A DNA stretch of 22,046 bases from Breznakia sp. PF5-3 (GCF_029504745.1 NZ_JAQFIQ010000039.1:1-22046); one strand, 5' to 3'. Counted from the stretch's first letter, positions 1-10,128 are shown. Notes: generated from the sequence alone by a model not told the origin. Made by a program: numbers and translations.

Positions 1-102
1 TTTAACATTTCAAGACAAACCTTAAAGAAGCTCAATTTATTACCTGTTTGTAACGTTTTTTAATACTTTAGGTATTCCTTAGTTGAATTAAGCGTTTTTT
101 TA

Positions 103-138
103 TTAATTTTTTTCTCCATTATTACCCGATAAAAAAAG
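103..138 (-). repeat. Degenerate junction box related to the 13602 copy
   Basis: The minus strand reads TTTTTTTATCGGGTAATAATGGAGAAAAAAATT. The 13602 copy reads TTTTAGATAGGGTTGGGATAATGGACCAAAAAATC. Confidence 0.3.
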
Positions 139-273
139 TAATAATCTTTTAACATTTTCTACTTTTGTTTCATATCCTAAAGTTCTCAACATAGCTTCTC
201 CCTCATAAACCATTAATATCGTCTATTCTCCATAAAAATTAATTCCACTTTTGGTTTGTTATATAAAAATAAT

Positions 274-546
274 CTATTCTTTTGTTACAACCCACTTAAA
301 TAAATCTTTAAAATCTTCAAAACATTCTTCACAAATCCAATAGTAATTATCTAAACTAGAATATCCAGTATTTGTACAATTATCCATCTCTTTGTAATCC
401 TCCATAAAAGTTTTCATGCAAAATTCGCAATGATCATGATTCCACTTTTCTGATGGTTGTTTATATTTATGGTAACATAGGTTAATTCCCATTAAATAAG
501 TTTCTTGATTTGTTAATCTCCAATCATTTTTTATATCCTTGTTCAT
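274..546 (-). CDS. Small Cys/His-rich (zinc-ribbon-like) protein, immunity-type candidate
   Basis: This is a 91-aa track ORF. Its first codon is TTG, and an ATG one codon in (546) follows AGAGAGGA by about 8 nt. The paired motifs HDHCEFC and WICEECFEDF suggest metal binding. I do not recognise the family. Confidence 0.6.
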   Translation of the reverse strand: MNKDIKNDWRLTNQETYLMGINLCYHKYKQPSEKWNHDHCEFCMKTFMEDYKEMDNCTNTGYSSLDNYYWICEECFEDFKDLFKWVVTKE

Positions 547-757
547 CAATTATATCCTCTCTACTTTGAAACTGTACTTCCTCCATTAATAGAACTTTTG
601 TTTCTTAACCTGCCTAAATCTTTGCCTTATTTTTTCTTTACCTAATTCTTCTTTGATATTAGTAGTATCAAACAAACTTGTTCCTATTAAAATCTTTATA
701 CCGTTTACTACTTTATTTTGACCATTTCAACATCAACTACATATACTCTCCAATTAA

Positions 758-1120
758 TTATTCAATTTTCCTATATTCCCCTGTATTCGTTTCATAAACT
801 TCACCAGTATATACATCAATAGCATAATTTCCTGTAGTTTTTCTCATTTCCTCTGTATTGATATATGTTTGTAAAACATAGTATATTCTATTTTCATGGA
901 TTGTTATTCCCATATTATCAATTTGTGTATTATTATCATAATTATTACCCAATTTTTTGATTAAAATTGGTCTGATTTCCATATCATTTAATATAGCTTT
1001 TTTCTCATCAACATATATACATTGATAATTATTATCACATGTTTTATTTAAATCTTCTTTGTCATTACTACATCCCAAAATTAATACTACAAGTATAATG
1101 ATTATATATTTCTTTTGCAT
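758..1120 (-). CDS. Lipoprotein
   Basis: An SD (AAGGGAG) precedes the ATG. The N-terminus MQKKYIIIILVVLILGCSND is a signal peptide with a lipobox (LILGC). Confidence 0.75.
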   Translation of the reverse strand: MQKKYIIIILVVLILGCSNDKEDLNKTCDNNYQCIYVDEKKAILNDMEIRPILIKKLGNNYDNNTQIDNMGITIHENRIYYVLQTYINTEEMRKTTGNYAIDVYTGEVYETNTGEYRKIE

Positions 1121-1443
1121 TTAAATTCTCCCTTTTTCATAATATTAGCAGTGGCTCACATGCCTTTCTATTATCTTCTATACAGATTTCATTATCAACT
1201 TAAGTAATCTAGCTATTTGTAATGAAACAAGTGGTTTCAATTCCTTAACAGAAATTCTAAAGTTTGCTACTTCATCTTTGCTCATTTTTAGATATACTTT
1301 ACTAAAAGCTATATCTGGAATTTTCATGAATACTAGAGTAAGAATAAGTAAATAATGATGTTAGCATTAAAAATAACAGTCTTTTTCATTATTTTTCTTT
1401 ATTGTCTTTAAGCATTTTAATCCTATTTCTATTCATATTTTAC

Positions 1444-2385
1444 TTAATTTATCTCATACGAACACACAGCTATATCATTATTTAATCTAAATACTACTTT
1501 ATCACTATTTCCAATAAATCCCATCTCTAAAACCATAAGTTTTCCTTTAGTAACTTTAATTGTCTCAAGTGTGTCCGAGGAAATTATATTTATTTTCCCA
1601 ATTGCCTCATATTCGTCCAACACTTTAAAGCTATCTAAGGATACGATTTTTATATATCCATCTATTTCATACATAATTATTTTCTCTCTCTCATTTATTG
1701 CAAAAACTATTGGTTCTGTTCTTTCCTCTGTTTCATCTATATACAAAATTTCATCATCTTTTTTTATAAGTATGTGATTCATACCAGATACAATTATATA
1801 TCCTAACGTCTCACAATAAAAAGAAAGATTTAACATATTTGAACAGCTATTTGAAGTAATCCATTTGTCATTTTTTAGATACATAATATTTGTCTTTGTT
1901 TTACTCCCTATTAATGGGGCAATCGCAGTTACTAAATAGAAAGTATTAGTCGTCCTTACCGCCCCTATTTTATTGACTTTTTCTTCGAAATCTATATCTT
2001 CTCTTAGGCCATCTTCAATACTTAAAGTAGTTAATTTACTATCATAATTATCAACATTAAAATAAGAATACAAAATATATAATTTATTTGAAACAACACT
2101 CATTACTTCCATGAATATACCATCTTCTATTAACTCTAATACTTTTTCTACAGAATCATTAATAAAATCTATTTTTAATACATAATGATTATTGAAGAAT
2201 ACAAATAAACAACTATCATCTTCAGAAAAACACCCAGCAGAAGGATAATCTATTCTTAATTCATATATTTTTTCATTGCTTGAATTATAAACCCTTACAT
2301 ACTTGGCAACATAAAGGGCGTATAACCCTTTACTATATGATGTTGCTAATAAAGAAGTATTTCTATATTTTTTAATAAGTTTCAT
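1444..2385 (-). CDS. Beta-rich repeat protein of unknown function, paralog of 18457..19410
   Basis: This is a 313-aa ORF with SD AAGGAG 7 nt before the ATG. Its first ~85 aa are nearly identical to those of 18457..19410, and the remainder is only loosely similar. Confidence 0.75.
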   Translation of the reverse strand: MKLIKKYRNTSLLATSYSKGLYALYVAKYVRVYNSSNEKIYELRIDYPSAGCFSEDDSCLFVFFNNHYVLKIDFINDSVEKVLELIEDGIFMEVMSVVSNKLYILYSYFNVDNYDSKLTTLSIEDGLREDIDFEEKVNKIGAVRTTNTFYLVTAIAPLIGSKTKTNIMYLKNDKWITSNSCSNMLNLSFYCETLGYIIVSGMNHILIKKDDEILYIDETEERTEPIVFAINEREKIIMYEIDGYIKIVSLDSFKVLDEYEAIGKINIISSDTLETIKVTKGKLMVLEMGFIGNSDKVVFRLNNDIAVCSYEIN

Positions 2386-2470
2386 TAATATTCTCCTTAA
2401 AATGTAAAATTTCGACTCTTTCCTATATAGCTGCTATCAATCATCATTGCGTTTCCTATACTATTTTAAT

Positions 2471-2482
2471 ACTATCCAAAAC
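2471..2482 (-). repeat. Half junction box (deletion derivative)
   Basis: The minus strand reads GTTTTGGATAGT. The flanking sequence aligns to the 19598 copy if about 34 nt are deleted. Confidence 0.4.
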
Positions 2483-2531
2483 AGTTTAATTTTTAATTAT
2501 ATTGATAGTATACTTTTTTGTTTCTCTTGCA

Positions 2532-3149
2532 TCACTTCTTTATTTTATAGACTACTTTTATTACAACATTTTCTCCGTTTTTCAGAGTAATAATATCATA
2601 CATATAAAATGAATCTACATATCCTTTAGAATTAATATAAATAAGAATATCCTCTTCATAATCATTAGTAAAAATCTGTGTCGGATAATTATTATCGGGG
2701 GATTGTACTAAATTGGGATTATAGGAAATATAAATTTTTTTATAATCTACTTCCTTGTATACTATCTTATCTTTTTTAATTTCTATTACATTATTTATAT
2801 ACTTTTTTTCATATTCCTTTTTTACAAGTATATCAATTTCATCAGAAATTGATTTTTCATCCTCATATCTAAAATCATTAGTTATATAAACTCCTTGAAT
2901 TGCAGTTAAGTATTCTTTAATTTGATTTTTATTTAGCCCAATTATACTATCACATGGTTGCTTCAACTGTTCATCAGTAAAGTTGATTTGTTTTTTACCA
3001 ACTGAAAAATCTGTAATTTCATTTTCTTTAATACTTTGCTCAATATTTAAGCAATATTTACTCTTATTAATGTCTTTTTGCGAACATGATATTAAGATAA
3101 ATATCATTGAAATACATATTATTTTAAAACTTTTTTCCTCCAGCATCAT
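2532..3149 (-). CDS. Lipoprotein
   Basis: A GAGGGGGA SD is present. The N-terminus KSFKIICISMIFILISCSQKD carries a lipobox (LISC). Confidence 0.7.
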   Translation of the reverse strand: MMLEEKSFKIICISMIFILISCSQKDINKSKYCLNIEQSIKENEITDFSVGKKQINFTDEQLKQPCDSIIGLNKNQIKEYLTAIQGVYITNDFRYEDEKSISDEIDILVKKEYEKKYINNVIEIKKDKIVYKEVDYKKIYISYNPNLVQSPDNNYPTQIFTNDYEEDILIYINSKGYVDSFYMYDIITLKNGENVVIKVVYKIKK

Positions 3150-3338
3150 ATCCCCCTCATCAATTAATCAATTTTCATTATTGTTTTACTTGCGCTGGTT
3201 TCTTTCCTTGTCATAACTTTCAATATACCATTTATTAATTATATTAATGTATCAATATTCCTTGTAACTCTTGGCATTGATTTATCATCTATAATTTAAA
3301 GAAAAGTATCACTATTCGTTCCAATCGCATAGCCTTCA

Positions 3339-3695
3339 TTAATTACTAACACTTATATTTTCACATATCAACTCAATATATAGAGGAAACATATTAATAT
3401 TACATTTCAAAAATTGTTTTCCATCAATTTCAACATCTTCAACCTCTATTTTTTGTAGAAAATATGGAATTTGTGGAATTATCATTTCCTTAACTGGCCT
3501 AAATTTATCGTAGTTTTTTACATGGTCAAATAAAACTTTATAACATCCTACAAACTTTAAAATGTTATCTTTGTCAATTCCTTCAAAAGTTAAAGTAGTT
3601 TCGTCACCAAAGTAGCTAGACTCCAACTTTTGTGCTCTTGCATCATAATAATTCAACCTATCTATTGAATTTTGTATTTGCTTAGATTTAATCAT
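3339..3695 (-). CDS. Hypothetical small cytoplasmic protein (immunity-type candidate)
   Basis: This is a 118-aa ORF with SD AAGGAG 6 nt before the ATG. Its ATG overlaps (ATGA) the stop of a start-less upstream ORF remnant. Confidence 0.65.
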   Translation of the reverse strand: MIKSKQIQNSIDRLNYYDARAQKLESSYFGDETTLTFEGIDKDNILKFVGCYKVLFDHVKNYDKFRPVKEMIIPQIPYFLQKIEVEDVEIDGKQFLKCNINMFPLYIELICENISVSN

Positions 3696-3769
3696 TTATT
3701 TCTCCTTTTTATTTTAGATTTATATGGGCTATTAGAAGGAATAGCTTTCTCATTCTCCACCCTTACAAT
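3692..3769 (-). pseudogene. Start-less 25-codon ORF remnant, possible decayed toxin 3' end
   Basis: The open frame IVRVENEKAIPSNSPYKSKIKRRNK ends in a TGA that overlaps the ATG of 3339..3695. It lies just 3' of a degenerate junction box (3814..3843). Confidence 0.25.
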
Positions 3770-3813
3770 TTAATTACTGTTTAGATTTATCTTCATCCAC
3801 TTATTTGTAAGAA

Positions 3814-3843
3814 CTTCTTAAAACGTTTTAACCTTATCTAACC
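3814..3843 (-). repeat. Degenerate junction box
   Basis: The minus strand reads GGTTAGATAAGGTT-aaaacgttt-TAAGAAG, against the consensus TTGGATAGGGTT-cgga-TAAGAAG. It lies 8 nt after the stop of 3852..4055. Confidence 0.35.
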
Positions 3844-3851
3844 TTTGAACT

Positions 3852-4055
3852 CTATTCTGTTTTACATTCGTAAGGACCAGTAGATTTTAAATAATCAACT
3901 CTTTTCTCTACGCTAATGTAATCCTCTTTTTTAAATTCATCAAAAGTATATGCTAGTTTACTTAAATTGGACAAACCAACTTTTTCAATATCAATACTTA
4001 TATCTTTAATAACTCCTTTTTCACTCTGCTTAATTCTAACAACTACTCCCTTCAT
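3852..4055 (-). CDS. Hypothetical 67-aa protein
   Basis: This is a track ORF with no convincing SD upstream. I do not recognise the family. Confidence 0.4.
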   Translation of the reverse strand: MKGVVVRIKQSEKGVIKDISIDIEKVGLSNLSKLAYTFDEFKKEDYISVEKRVDYLKSTGPYECKTE

Positions 4056-4141
4056 CTGATTTAAATACTTATAATCATTCTTTCTTTTTAGTTATATACT
4101 CCTATTAAATTCTAATTTCTAGAAATATACTATCATTTTTT

Positions 4142-4381
4142 CTATAAATTTTTTAATTGCTCTTCTAAACTCCAATTTCTAGGTTGCTTTTTTTTATTAC
4201 TCCATTGTGCTCCATCAGATATCCATTTTATTCTATAACTCTCAAATGTTTTACCTTGATCTTTATCGTCAAAACCGAACTGAAATCCACAACATGGACA
4301 AATTTCATAGGAAGCACATCCATTTTTATCATAAGGCTTTTCATATAATCCAAGATAACCACATACTAAGCATTTATACAT
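4142..4381 (-). CDS. Cysteine-rich zinc-ribbon protein (CPCC-like)
   Basis: SD AAGGAG lies 8 nt before the ATG. The motifs CLVCGY and YEICPCCGFQFGFDD resemble the Cys_rich_CPCC pattern as I remember it. Confidence 0.6.
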   Translation of the reverse strand: MYKCLVCGYLGLYEKPYDKNGCASYEICPCCGFQFGFDDKDQGKTFESYRIKWISDGAQWSNKKKQPRNWSLEEQLKNL

Positions 4382-4488
4382 ATAAGCTTCTCCTTTATTT
4401 TTTCAATTGTATTCCCATCGGGATTTACAACTTTACCTCTATATCTTGTCAGTTTACCTTGAGTAAGACTTCCTATAGAGACTGCTAA
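4366..4488 (-). pseudogene. Start-less 40-codon ORF remnant, possible decayed toxin 3' end
   Basis: The open frame LAVSIGSLTQGKLTRYRGKVVNPDGNTIEKIKEKLICINA has no start codon. It contains the SD of 4142..4381 and overlaps that gene's start by 16 nt. Confidence 0.3.
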
Positions 4489-4559
4489 CTAACTACAGAG
4501 CAGCATGATTTTATACACCTACATCTTCCTCTTCTTTTGCATACTTGCCTTCTATAACC

Positions 4560-5213
4560 TTATTTGAATGGATATTTCATTTTTTCAATATTGGTTTCCA
4601 TATTACTTTCTATAAACCGTTTGCATTCCTCTGGATTAGAAAAATCAATTGTTGATAACTCATTTAACCTTTTTTTATTCCCATCAATAACATATTCTGG
4701 CATTCCACTATTTAAACTTTCAAAATTTTTTATCATTTCCGTATACGCTTCTTTTGCTTCTTTGTAATTTTCATAATATAAGTTTATAAGAACTTTTATA
4801 TATTGTTGATAGCAAATGTTATCGCCATAACTCATTTCAATAATCTTTTTAGGATGTTGAGAATTTTTAAACTCTGGAATGATTCTTTCTTTAACTATAT
4901 GATAAAAATCATCAAATGCTTTCTCACAATCTTCCTCAGTTTCCAATGGCCACCAATAGTCACGTCCATAAACTAAATTCCCAAATCTTCTGAAAGATGT
5001 AAAATGTCCTGCATAATATGGCTGATAAAGTAATGAAAAATGATAGTTTCCTGTTACCTCTTTTCCATCGCTGAATCGCTGTATATGAATCTCTTCAACA
5101 ACATCATACTCTGTTCTTCTCACAAAAAAGGTTGATTTCCATTTTTGAAATCCTAATTCCTTCATCTTTTTTGTGAATATTCGCATCTGCTTATTGTATA
5201 TTTTTGTATCCAT
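4560..5213 (-). CDS. DUF4304-like immunity-type protein, paralog of 21242..21898
   Basis: This is a 217-aa ORF with SD AAGGGGA. The N-terminal pattern KKMKELGFQKWKSTFFVR..IHIQRF resembles DUF4304 from memory. Its 5' 167 nt are nearly identical to those of 21242..21898. Confidence 0.7.
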   Translation of the reverse strand: MDTKIYNKQMRIFTKKMKELGFQKWKSTFFVRRTEYDVVEEIHIQRFSDGKEVTGNYHFSLLYQPYYAGHFTSFRRFGNLVYGRDYWWPLETEEDCEKAFDDFYHIVKERIIPEFKNSQHPKKIIEMSYGDNICYQQYIKVLINLYYENYKEAKEAYTEMIKNFESLNSGMPEYVIDGNKKRLNELSTIDFSNPEECKRFIESNMETNIEKMKYPFK

Positions 5214-5263
5214 ACTATTTCCCCTTATAATAATATTATCAATTCATATTAACAAATATAATT

Positions 5264-6352
5264 CTATGCCTGTATAAAAGCCTTCTCACAATATACAGTA
5301 TTATCTTCTATCTTATTAAGTAATTCTATCATTTGATCTATTTGAACTATCATACATTCAAAATATTTTTTAACTTCGTTTTTATATGTTTCTATTTTTT
5401 CTTCTGTTGTTATTGAAGTAAAATTGACAGTATCAAATTCATAAGCTCTAAAGAAAAATATTTCTGTTGCATTTGAATGAAATGCATCAAATTCACATCC
5501 TACTGATAAATGTGTGTCATTTAATCGAAAAGAAACAAAAAGTTGCTTCCCCATAGATGCTTCTTTCACAAAAACCAACTCTTGCTCCACATATGTCTTA
5601 TTTTCATATGTTAGAGTTAAAGATGGCTGCAATATTTCTTTAGCATATTCTTTAAACAGCTTATATATTTGATTTCTATATTTTTTATCCATTAAAAAAA
5701 CTTTATTAATATTCATCTCAAGTTTTTTTTGATATTCTTCACTATGCCAAAACAAATAACTTACTCCGTCTGTATAAAAGTTAGGATATTCTTTTTTTAT
5801 TTTTTGGAAATTTTCATATATTATTTTTTGATATTCTACTCCATCCAATTTTTCATATTTAATGACAATTGGACTTATCTCACTATTTTTGTCTAACAAT
5901 ATGTTTCCCATTACTTCCTGGTCATATAAATATGCTATTCTACTTTTTTCTTTATTTGCATCATGGTATACTTGCATGCAATCAACATTATAATAATTCA
6001 CTCCATATATTGAACTGAATGCATACTCCCCATCCTTTATATCTCTAATTTTTTCATTCGTCATTACAAGCAGCCCTGATACTTTCTTTTGTTTTAAAAT
6101 ATCAAAGTATTTATCTATATCCTTTAATTTATGAAATACAATTATATATACATCTTCTCCCTGTTTAAAGTCTATTTCTCTTTCTTCTAAAGATTTCATA
6201 AATACTATATTCTTTTTCTTTCCTATTCGATCTACATACCGATAACGACTTAATTTAGTAAAAGCACAAAAAATAGATGTGAATTGTTGATTCTTCACTA
6301 TAGTTTTTATACTTTCTAAATCTTTGTTTTCTTCATAATATAACTTCTCCAT
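5264..6352 (-). CDS. Hypothetical 362-aa protein
   Basis: The track ORF 5264..6409 begins at a TTG. The ATG at 6352 (MEKLYYEENKD) follows AAGGAAAGGA by about 8 nt and is the more likely start. Confidence 0.7.
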   Translation of the reverse strand: MEKLYYEENKDLESIKTIVKNQQFTSIFCAFTKLSRYRYVDRIGKKKNIVFMKSLEEREIDFKQGEDVYIIVFHKLKDIDKYFDILKQKKVSGLLVMTNEKIRDIKDGEYAFSSIYGVNYYNVDCMQVYHDANKEKSRIAYLYDQEVMGNILLDKNSEISPIVIKYEKLDGVEYQKIIYENFQKIKKEYPNFYTDGVSYLFWHSEEYQKKLEMNINKVFLMDKKYRNQIYKLFKEYAKEILQPSLTLTYENKTYVEQELVFVKEASMGKQLFVSFRLNDTHLSVGCEFDAFHSNATEIFFFRAYEFDTVNFTSITTEEKIETYKNEVKKYFECMIVQIDQMIELLNKIEDNTVYCEKAFIQA

Positions 6353-6438
6353 TAAATTATCCTTTCCTTTGCTACTTAGTATTATCTGTATCATTTTGTT
6401 TCTATTCAAAGCTTGTTTTAATTACAAAATAAAAAATA

Positions 6439-6882
6439 TCATTCACATATAAAATCTGCTTTTGTTTTTAATTGTTTTTTCAATTTCGAATAACTAACAT
6501 TATCCTTATTCTCTATTTCTAGAGAAGTTAATCTAGTAAATTCTTCTATATTTTTTATTTTATTAAAATCAATGTTTATAGTTGCATATAATTTGAACTC
6601 TACAATTTCTGCTTGTGAATCTACTCCATCACTTTCAAATGAATATGATTTTAAAACATTCTTTATTATCCTTTTTTTCTCATCATCAGATAGTTTGTTA
6701 TCTTCACTAAATATTCGTCTTTCCATTTTCCAATTTAAATTAATAACCTCTTCATTTTTAATAGTAAATATAACTTCATCCTTCATTTTATTATTACTAT
6801 ATGTACAAGTCTTTTTTTCAATATCATGAGTACATCCACAACATACAATAATCAAGATAACTAAAATGCTTTTTTTAATCAT
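6439..6882 (-). CDS. Lipoprotein
   Basis: The internal ATG at 6882 follows GGAGGGG. MIKKSILVILIIVCCGCTHD is a signal peptide with a Cys lipobox. Confidence 0.7.
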   Translation of the reverse strand: MIKKSILVILIIVCCGCTHDIEKKTCTYSNNKMKDEVIFTIKNEEVINLNWKMERRIFSEDNKLSDDEKKRIIKNVLKSYSFESDGVDSQAEIVEFKLYATINIDFNKIKNIEEFTRLTSLEIENKDNVSYSKLKKQLKTKADFICE

Positions 6883-7020
6883 TTTCCCCTCCATTGATTT
6901 TTTCTAGTCATAATACTTTTGCAGTATTAAATGTATTACATACTCCAGTTTCTTAATAAACCATCTATCTTATTTTCTTAGCTGAATTACTGAATTAACT
7001 TTTTTGAAATTCTAACTATT

Positions 7021-7384
7021 CTATATCATTACAATTTCCCATATTTCCTTTTTGATATTTTGTTTCGTATAAATATCTTCTTCTGTCCATTCCCACTCGG
7101 GACTTGGATTATATATAGCACAGCGATAAGATGTTGTATCTCCAATATAACCAAACCATAAAGAATCTACTTTTCCATTTTTCATTATTGCATGCAAACT
7201 ATAATTGTTTTTTCTGAATACTCATAAAAATTCTATCTTTATCTACTATATTTTTAGTATATCCTTCAAAATAACAAGCTGTAAAAGTTTTTTCTTCAAA
7301 ATAGTTATGTAATTTTTCATTCGTAGAGATATTGTTGCACCCTGATAATATTACCATTAACATAATTAGTAATTTTCTTTTCAT
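7021..7384 (-). pseudogene. Lipoprotein gene interrupted by a frameshift at a homopolymer
   Basis: MKRKLLIMLMVILSGCNN is a lipobox signal peptide. The frame stops at 7199. A 54-codon continuation (MKNGKVDSLWFGYIGD...) lies in the +1 frame, and the switch maps to the T6 run at 7208..7213. Confidence 0.5.
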
Positions 7385-7509
7385 TTTTCTCTCTTTCTTC
7401 ACAATCTTCTAAATATTTTCTGTCGTTCCTAAACTGGATTAATCTAAACTCATTTTACCATTAAAAGTTATCCTTTTTAAAATTCTATTTTAGTATTATT
7501 TTACTCCTA

Positions 7510-7950
7510 TTAACTCATAATACACGATATCAATGCGAATAAAACTATTGATACGATTACTATAATTGGATACGTATAATGTAACCACGCTTGCTTTCTA
7601 TAGCTCTTTAAATATTCTTCTCCTTTTAATGTGATTCTTAGACTGACATCTATATTTTCACTATATATTTTTTTTAGAACTAAGGTGTAATTGGTTCCTG
7701 AAAAAGCATCAAATAACACTGATTTATAATAATTAACACTTACTTCTTCATATATATCCTCACACTCATCAAAAGCAATCAGCCCCCTATGAAGACAATG
7801 CCCTAAATCTAGCAAAGTATCTGTTTTGCTAAATTTATCAATTTCATCAATAAAATTTTTGAGCAATATTTTTTCATTTCTTACGTTACTGATATGAATG
7901 AGTATATTCTTAATACTTTTGGGATATGTTCTATATCTTATTGATGGCAT
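7510..7950 (-). CDS. Tail-anchored membrane protein of unknown function
   Basis: This is a 146-aa ORF with an AGGAG SD. The C-terminal hydrophobic stretch is YPIIVIVSIVLFALISCIMS. Confidence 0.65.
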   Translation of the reverse strand: MPSIRYRTYPKSIKNILIHISNVRNEKILLKNFIDEIDKFSKTDTLLDLGHCLHRGLIAFDECEDIYEEVSVNYYKSVLFDAFSGTNYTLVLKKIYSENIDVSLRITLKGEEYLKSYRKQAWLHYTYPIIVIVSIVLFALISCIMS

Positions 7951-7963
7951 ATATTATGATCTC

Positions 7964-8308
7964 CTAAAATTCATTTACATTTTCAAAATACTCAAGCTCT
8001 GGATTTATGATTGCTAAAAACTCTACAATTGCATTATTTTTCCCTGATTCAAATCCTATCTTTTGAATATATTCTTGTTTTTCAGTATTCATTTTCGAAG
8101 AAAAATTGACTACTTCTTTACAGTATTTATTTAAAAAGTCTTTTTCATCCATTACACTTATATCAATATATATTTTATTATAGGAATCTAGTTTCCCACA
8201 ATTGTATTCATATAAATCATCCTCAATATTTTGTGTTAGCTTTTTAAAATATTCTAATCGCAGTTCAACTACTTCTTTTAATGTGATTTTACCAATATTA
8301 TTTTTCAT
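7964..8308 (-). CDS. Hypothetical small protein (immunity-type candidate)
   Basis: The track ORF starts at a TTG (8326). The ATG at 8308 follows GGAGAG by about 10 nt. Confidence 0.6.
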   Translation of the reverse strand: MKNNIGKITLKEVVELRLEYFKKLTQNIEDDLYEYNCGKLDSYNKIYIDISVMDEKDFLNKYCKEVVNFSSKMNTEKQEYIQKIGFESGKNNAIVEFLAIINPELEYFENVNEF

Positions 8309-8479
8309 ATTTAATATTCTCTCCAAAATAAATCTTCATTTCTATTCACAAATTTTTGAATTTATCTTTTATACTAAATTCGTTGTTTTTTAAGTGCCAA
8401 TATTATGAGCAGTTACATCCAAGCTAATATAGCTAATTCTTTTTTATAAATCATTACGCACTTCTTCATAAATTTTAGT

Positions 8480-9187
8480 TTAACATTTAGTTAGTTTATT
8501 TAATTGATTTGTATACTTTGTTAATTCTTTATAGAAAAAATCAAAAGCTGGCATTTCTGTTGGCTCAATGAAACTTATTATTTTGTCCCATCTTTTATCT
8601 TTGTAGTTATGCTTGTCATTCAAAAATTTCTCAAATGATCCGACTACATAACAAGAGTCTGTATTTTCATAGATTTCTATTTCACTGAGAATATACCCTG
8701 TCAAAAACCAACTTAATCCTGTAAGTGATTTTTCACCTAAATACATACCTGGTCTTTCTTTTATCTTTTTTAATAAATCTACTAATCTATTTAAATCCAC
8801 TTTGTTAGATTTGTTAGGAAACACAAGTACATATGCTGCATTATCTTTTATAGATTGTACATATGATTCTAAAGACTGATTTAAAACTATATCAATGGCT
8901 TCATAAAAATTATGGAATGCATTTTCAGTGTTCTCTGTAAAAAAGTTTATAATACTATACATACTTACAGTCATGTTTATATGATAAGAATTACGTATAT
9001 AAGAATCCAATCTATTAAAAAATAGATTCTTTGAGAATGGATCAACAGGAATATATCCTGCTTCTATTTGGCTATAATTATAACCAGAGAGATATGCAGA
9101 TATATATTTTATATTATAATCAAATGCTGAATAATAGTTGTTTTTGATTTCTAACAGTTTAATCAATTTTTTATTTTCTGTGTTCAT
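8480..9187 (-). CDS. Two-repeat protein containing a KERPGMYLG motif
   Basis: This is a 235-aa ORF with SD AAAGGGA. Its two halves share the pattern L..I.....Y.........(Y/F)L(S/T)GY. The second half has RPGMYLG at 8735..8755. Confidence 0.7.
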   Translation of the reverse strand: MNTENKKLIKLLEIKNNYYSAFDYNIKYISAYLSGYNYSQIEAGYIPVDPFSKNLFFNRLDSYIRNSYHINMTVSMYSIINFFTENTENAFHNFYEAIDIVLNQSLESYVQSIKDNAAYVLVFPNKSNKVDLNRLVDLLKKIKERPGMYLGEKSLTGLSWFLTGYILSEIEIYENTDSCYVVGSFEKFLNDKHNYKDKRWDKIISFIEPTEMPAFDFFYKELTKYTNQLNKLTKC

Positions 9188-9235
9188 ATTATGTTCCCTT
9201 TCTATACATATACATTAGTAATTTCGATCAAAAAA

Positions 9236-9469
9236 TTAGTACTCCATACATTTTGGTCTATTCTCAAATTTTATTTCATCATATGTTGAAGTATCACTTG
9301 CTTTATTAACTATAGCTTCATTAATTCTTGTATATATTATTGACTTATTCCATTCCAATTCATTTTCAATTCCTTCGTCTACTATATCAATCTTTGCTAA
9401 CAAACCAAGCATCATAATTTCATTGCTTTCATTAAATTGGATTTTAATAGATATTGAGTTAATTTTCAT
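9236..9469 (-). CDS. Hypothetical 77-aa protein
   Basis: This track ORF starts 5 nt after the stop of the upstream gene and has a weak SD. Confidence 0.45.
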   Translation of the reverse strand: MKINSISIKIQFNESNEIMMLGLLAKIDIVDEGIENELEWNKSIIYTRINEAIVNKASDTSTYDEIKFENRPKCMEY

Positions 9470-9474
9470 TATAT

Positions 9475-9991
9475 CTACATCTGTAAAATAAGACTCTCTA
9501 AAAAAACTTCATTATTTATTTTTGATGGATCAATACTAATGTTAATTATACCCATACTATTTTCAATTTCTTCATAACTTATATTTAAAATTTGATTTTC
9601 ATCTAAATTTAAAAACAAATCTTCATAATCAAGATTAGTTTGACTATAATTAAACTTAACCTTGTAATTACCTTCAATTAAATAAATATTACCTTCTTGA
9701 TAATTAAAATCACATACGCTATCTTCAACCGCTATTTTTCCATTACTAATTGTTAGTTCAGAATCTTTTTTTTCAAAATCCGCAACCATTGACTTTGTAA
9801 TTCCTTCGCCTTTATTTGTATATTTAAAAAGATCAGACATCACAACATTAAAAGTAAGACTCTTTTTATGTTGCTCAACTAAATCAGAATATTTGATATA
9901 TAAATCCTTTTCATTATATTGCTCGTCAGATGTACTTTTAGTACACCCTATAAGCAATATAGCTAAAATCAATATGCTTACTTTTTTTCAT
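9475..9991 (-). pseudogene. Lipoprotein gene with a frameshift in its signal-peptide codons
   Basis: GGAGGAGAAC precedes the ATG at 9991. If the A-run (plus-strand T7 at 9982..9988) were one base shorter, the frame would read MKKVSILILAILLIGCTKS and join the 165-aa track ORF. Confidence 0.6.
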
Positions 9992-10128
9992 GTTCTCCTC
10001 CTTAAATTAATTATTACATTCGGCTATAACATTGCTATTTAATCCTGCTACCTGTATAACAGTATTTTTCTACTATCGATAATCCATAAACATCTCTCTT
10101 ATCTCAACATGTATATCGGTTATTGCTA

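Noticed and set aside
1178-1327. A 49-codon minus-strand ORF (MKIPDIAFSKVYLKMSKDEVANFRISVKELKPLVSLQIARLLKLIMKSV) in the 1121..1443 gap.
   Set aside because: It has no SD and I do not recognise the family. It is short enough to be chance in this composition, though it may be another gene relic.
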